DNA of 64,000 nt, taken from Planctomycetota bacterium. Lineage in GTDB: Bacteria > Planctomycetota > SZUA-567 > H5-PLA8. Of this stretch, positions 60,362 through 64,000 are shown one piece after another. Under the pieces are notes generated by a model that had not been told where the DNA came from, ran no database searches, and saw nothing but the letters and a program-made list of their open reading frames with translations. The position numbers and the translations under genes were made by a program. How positions within the stretch are numbered: the stretch's first letter is position 1; the number at the start of each line of letters is the position of its first letter. The stretch is taken from the NCBI GenBank assembly GCA_038227875.1, contig JBBRPR010000001.1, positions 128,001-192,000 on the forward strand, given 5' to 3'.

Positions 60362-62425
60362 ATGAACTTCCTCGAACCCATGGGTCTCCTCGGTCTCACC
60401 GCGCTGATTCCAGTGATCGCGCTCTACTTCCTTAAACTCAAGCGCGAAGAACGCGTCGTTCCCTCCACGTTACTTTGGAAAAAAGTGCTCGACGACATGC
60501 AGGTCAATGCGCCGTTTCAGCGGCTCAAGTATTCGCTGCTGTTGCTGCTCCAATTGCTGCTCGTCGCGCTGCTCGGGTTTGCCATGGCGCGGCCGTACTT
60601 GAGTCTCAGCGGCTATGCCGGAAAGAAAATCATTCTGCTGATCGATACCTCCGCCAGCATGAGCACCAAGGACGCGGGGACGGGCAAGGAGCTCACGCGC
60701 CTGGAGGCGGCGGTCAAGGATGCCATGCGCAAGGCCGACGACCTGCGCGATAACGATCAGATGATGGTCGTTGCGTTCGATAAGGACGTCCGGCAGCTCT
60801 GCAAATTCATGAACGACCGCACGCTGCTCAAGAATATTCTCGCCAACCTGCAGACCCGCGACGTCGCGACCAATGCCAATGAAGCATTCGAAACGGCGCT
60901 GGCGCTGGCGGAAGGGCAGACGGATGCGGAAGTCGTCGTGCTCTCCGACGGCTGTTTCGGCGACGTCAAAATTTTCAAAGAGAAGGAAGAGAAGAAGGGC
61001 AATCTGGAAGACCGCGCGGCGAAGGGGCAGGACACGCGCAACGTCCGGCGCGATTTGAGCATCTTTCGCTTCAAGTCGTATGGCGCGGAAAAGTCGGACA
61101 ACGTCGCGATTACACAAATGGATGCGCGCACGCGGCCGGTCAAGGCCACCAACGCCGACGGCCAGAAAGTCGATGCACTGGAAACGCAGGTGTTCGTGAT
61201 GGTCGAAAACTTTTCGCCGGAACCCAAGGACATCATCTTAAGCCTTTCCACGCCCGAGCAGCGCTTTCCGCCGAAGTCCGTTTCGCTGAAAGGACGGCCG
61301 GTGATCAAGGAAACGCTGGAGAGCGGCCCGGCCAACGGCGACACGTCGGAAGTCGCGCGCTCGGTTGAAGTATTCAAGCTGCCCATCGGCACGCAAGGCA
61401 TTGTCACGGCGCACATCGACGCGCCGAAAGACCGCATGCCTGTCGACGACTCCGCGAGTCTCGTCGTCGGCACGGCGGGGACCATCAAGATGCTGCTCGT
61501 CACGAAGGGAGATTTGATTCTGGAAAAAGCGCTCGCGGCGATCCGCGGGCTGGACATCACCAAGATGGATCTGGACGATTTCCTGAAACAGTGGGACCAG
61601 AAAGGTCAGCCGCTGGTCGAGCCCTATGACGCCTGTTTGTTTGAAGGCACCGCGCCGGTGGCGTGGACCGACGGTGGCGCGCTTTTCCTCAATTCACTGC
61701 CGCCGGTTTCCGGATTCGCGAAGGAAGAGAAGCTGATCGAATGGCCGCAGGTTGTCGACTGGGATGTCTCACATCCGGCGATGCGGTATGTGAATTTCGG
61801 CAACGTTACCATTTCCAAGGCGATGAATTGGAAAGTGCCGAAGAACAGCAAGGTGATGGTGGAAGGTTCCGGCGGTCCGCTGGCGGTTTCGTTCGAGAAC
61901 GACCGTCTGCGCGTCGTCGGCGTCTCGTTCGATGTGTTGCAATCAGACTGGGCGTACCGCCCGTCGCTGCCGCTGTTTCTCCGCAACGTGATTCCGTGGA
62001 TCGCCGAATCTTCGCCGCGCCGCCGTCCGTCCTCGCAGCAGACCGGCGATCCGCTGGTCGTTCCGCCCAGCGTCAATGCGCGTACCGCGACAGTTGTGCG
62101 CCCGAGAGAAAGCAATACCAATCCCGAGCACATCGAATTGTCGCTGGAACACGCGACGTACATCAAAGGTACGGAGACGGTCGGCATCTATCAGCTCAAA
62201 GACATTCCCAACGACCCCGACGGCCGCACGTACGCCGTGAATCTCGCCAGCCGCACCGAATCCGACAACGCCGCGCGTTCGAACCTGAGCGTTGAAGGCG
62301 TCAACTTGACCTCGACGCCGACGGCGATCGAAGCGAAACGTGAAATCTGGAACACGCTCGCGCTGATCGCTGCGGGGTTGCTCATGATTGAGTGGTGGGT
62401 GTATCACCGCCGCGTCGGAATCTGA
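60362..62425 (+). CDS. BatA N-terminal + VWA domain membrane protein
   Basis: MNFLEP..L..IP..LYFLK, PSTLLW, ARP, IDTSASM, LSDG, C-terminal EWW. Confidence 0.9.
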   Translation: MNFLEPMGLLGLTALIPVIALYFLKLKREERVVPSTLLWKKVLDDMQVNAPFQRLKYSLLLLLQLLLVALLGFAMARPYLSLSGYAGKKIILLIDTSASMSTKDAGTGKELTRLEAAVKDAMRKADDLRDNDQMMVVAFDKDVRQLCKFMNDRTLLKNILANLQTRDVATNANEAFETALALAEGQTDAEVVVLSDGCFGDVKIFKEKEEKKGNLEDRAAKGQDTRNVRRDLSIFRFKSYGAEKSDNVAITQMDARTRPVKATNADGQKVDALETQVFVMVENFSPEPKDIILSLSTPEQRFPPKSVSLKGRPVIKETLESGPANGDTSEVARSVEVFKLPIGTQGIVTAHIDAPKDRMPVDDSASLVVGTAGTIKMLLVTKGDLILEKALAAIRGLDITKMDLDDFLKQWDQKGQPLVEPYDACLFEGTAPVAWTDGGALFLNSLPPVSGFAKEEKLIEWPQVVDWDVSHPAMRYVNFGNVTISKAMNWKVPKNSKVMVEGSGGPLAVSFENDRLRVVGVSFDVLQSDWAYRPSLPLFLRNVIPWIAESSPRRRPSSQQTGDPLVVPPSVNARTATVVRPRESNTNPEHIELSLEHATYIKGTETVGIYQLKDIPNDPDGRTYAVNLASRTESDNAARSNLSVEGVNLTSTPTAIEAKREIWNTLALIAAGLLMIEWWVYHRRVGI

Positions 62426-62428
62426 CGG

Positions 62429-63475
62429 CTACTTCTTCAGCGCTTCGTAAATTTTATCGGCGACGGGCAGAACGCTTTTTCCGAGCTGCTCTACGTCCAC
62501 CACGATCGGTTTGAGATCGCCGAGCGGGACGGGCGAGGTTACGCCGGGCAGCGTTCGCACGGGGATCTGGTGAGCGCCGTTCTCGGCCAGCCACGCTTCG
62601 GTTTCGGGGCGGAGGAGGAAGTCGACGAATTTCTTTGCCTCGGCGCCGTGTTTGCAGTTTTTCAGAATCGCCACGGTGTTGGGTACCAGGTACGCGCCGT
62701 GCCAGTCGGCGGCCTGATCGGCGACGATAAAGTCGACGGGCTTTTTGCCGGCGAGCGCTTCAAAAGCGTCATCGCTGTCGGTCAGGCCGATTGTGCTGTA
62801 GCCGTTGGCAACGCGCTCGCGCACGTCACTGTTGCTCTCGGCGATCACGACACCGTTGTCGCGCCAGGCGTGGAAAAGCTTGAACGCTTTCTCTTCACCG
62901 AGCGCCAGCACCAGCGAGACGAAGTGACTGCGCGTCGTTCCGAAAAGAGGCTTGGGGACGGTGCATTTGTCCTTCCACTTCGGGTCGGCAAAGCCGTCGA
63001 GCGTGCGAGGGACGTCCTCACGCTTGACCAGGTTGGTGTTGAAAAGAATCACGCGGGCGCGGCAGCCGAAACCGGTCCAGCGATTCTGCGCGTCCTTGTA
63101 GCTGGCGGGAATTTCTTTGGCGTTCGGCGAGGCGTAGGGTTCCAGCGCATCGGCGTTGGCGAGCACCTGGGTCAGCGAAAGCTCGGAATTCCAGACGACG
63201 TCGCCGTCTGGGCGGCCTTTCATCTGCAGGAGCCGTTCGGCCATGCCGGTGGATTTGCTGGCTTCGCTGTCGGTGCGCGGTTCGACGCGGATGCCGCTTT
63301 CTTTCGTGAATTTTTCAAACAAGGCCAGCGCGTATTCCGGATCGACGGAGGTGTAGACCACCACGGTCGGCCCTTCGGTCTGGCGCGGCGTGAAACCGAA
63401 CAGCAGGACGCCGACAGCGACCAGAATCAGCGCGCAACCCAGCAGCAGCGTTTTGAGATTCAGAGGCACACGCAC
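62429..63475 (-). CDS. ABC transporter substrate-binding protein, FbpA/AfuA-like fold
   Basis: VVVYTS, FTKESGIRV, DVVWNSE, RARVILFNT, AKKFVDFLL. Confidence 0.88.
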   Translation of the reverse strand: MRVPLNLKTLLLGCALILVAVGVLLFGFTPRQTEGPTVVVYTSVDPEYALALFEKFTKESGIRVEPRTDSEASKSTGMAERLLQMKGRPDGDVVWNSELSLTQVLANADALEPYASPNAKEIPASYKDAQNRWTGFGCRARVILFNTNLVKREDVPRTLDGFADPKWKDKCTVPKPLFGTTRSHFVSLVLALGEEKAFKLFHAWRDNGVVIAESNSDVRERVANGYSTIGLTDSDDAFEALAGKKPVDFIVADQAADWHGAYLVPNTVAILKNCKHGAEAKKFVDFLLRPETEAWLAENGAHQIPVRTLPGVTSPVPLGDLKPIVVDVEQLGKSVLPVADKIYEALKK

Positions 63476-63494
63476 CGCCTGTCGGGGAAGTTCC

Positions 63495-63998
63495 TCATTT
63501 GAAAACTTTGCGCAACATTCGCGCGAGGCCGGGATCGAGATCCAGTGATGCGAACTCTGCCGGGCGGACCCAGCGCGCCTGAGTCACGCCATCACCGGCG
63601 GCGGCGCTGTTTGATGCGCCGAGCAGCAGCATGCGCAGGTCGAAGTGTTCGTGCGCCGGATCGCTTTTGCGCGCGGGAATGAGATGGACGTCGACATCGA
63701 GCAGCACCGGCTGTGCGCCCGGCCAGGCGGTCTGCGTGAACGTTTCTTCGAGCACTTCGCGCGCGGCAGCGACGCTCGGGTCGTTCTCGCCGGGTTCAAA
63801 ATGTCCGCCGGGTTGCAGCCAGCGCTGCAGCTTCTCGTGAAAAATCAGCAGTGCGCGTTCGCGGTTTTCATCGAGCACGATGGCGCTGGCGGTGAGATGT
63901 CCGGGCACAAAATGCGCACGCGAAAATGGCGCCGCGCCGGTCTCCACCAGTTCGCGGATACGTTCCAGCGAGCGCTGTTCACCGGCATCGACGGGCAC
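63495..63998 (-). CDS. NUDIX hydrolase (start may lie outside the window)
   Basis: GHLTASA, WLQPGGHFE..AAAREVLEE, HEHFDLR. Confidence 0.9.
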   Translation of the reverse strand: MPVDAGEQRSLERIRELVETGAAPFSRAHFVPGHLTASAIVLDENRERALLIFHEKLQRWLQPGGHFEPGENDPSVAAAREVLEETFTQTAWPGAQPVLLDVDVHLIPARKSDPAHEHFDLRMLLLGASNSAAAGDGVTQARWVRPAEFASLDLDPGLARMLRKVFK

Positions 63999-64000
63999 AT

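Noticed and set aside
57302..62425. Anti-phage defence system reading of Uma2 + MoxR + VWA
   Set aside because: The MoxR/DUF58/BatA arrangement is the common chromosomal type with host-like codon usage, and Uma2 genes are often scattered singly.

Overview
A high-GC chromosomal window, probably from a Planctomycetota/PVC bacterium. That assignment is inferred from gene content: ECF sigma factors, HEAT/TPR, DUF1573, DUF2950 and BatA/VWA/MoxR proteins. It holds about 57 plausible CDSs. Housekeeping genes include murD, kdgK, zwf, a lacZ-type GH2, dtd, dapA, truA, pgl, two cyclophilins and a TIGR03960-type radical SAM enzyme. Also present are signalling genes, many secreted proteins of unknown function, and a MoxR-VWA-DUF58-BatA cluster lying between the parts of an Fe3+/thiamine-type ABC transporter. 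I found no rRNA, tRNA, CRISPR array, transposase or integrase. The most unusual signal is non-coding: chains of different short palindromes overlapping end to end. The largest, at 46315-46505, has about 11 units at roughly 17-bp spacing. Smaller chains occur at 8240-8276, 9259-9359 and, in decayed form, near 17925, 37705 and 50420. Three chains end in a perfect palindrome of exactly 28 bp, and in the two longer ones symmetry weakens away from that end. Some units are shared between loci, and every chain sits beside a REP-like or MITE-like repeat. This could be an undescribed, sequentially built array of DNA-binding sites; that reading is inference. Product calls come from motif recognition by eye, with no database search.
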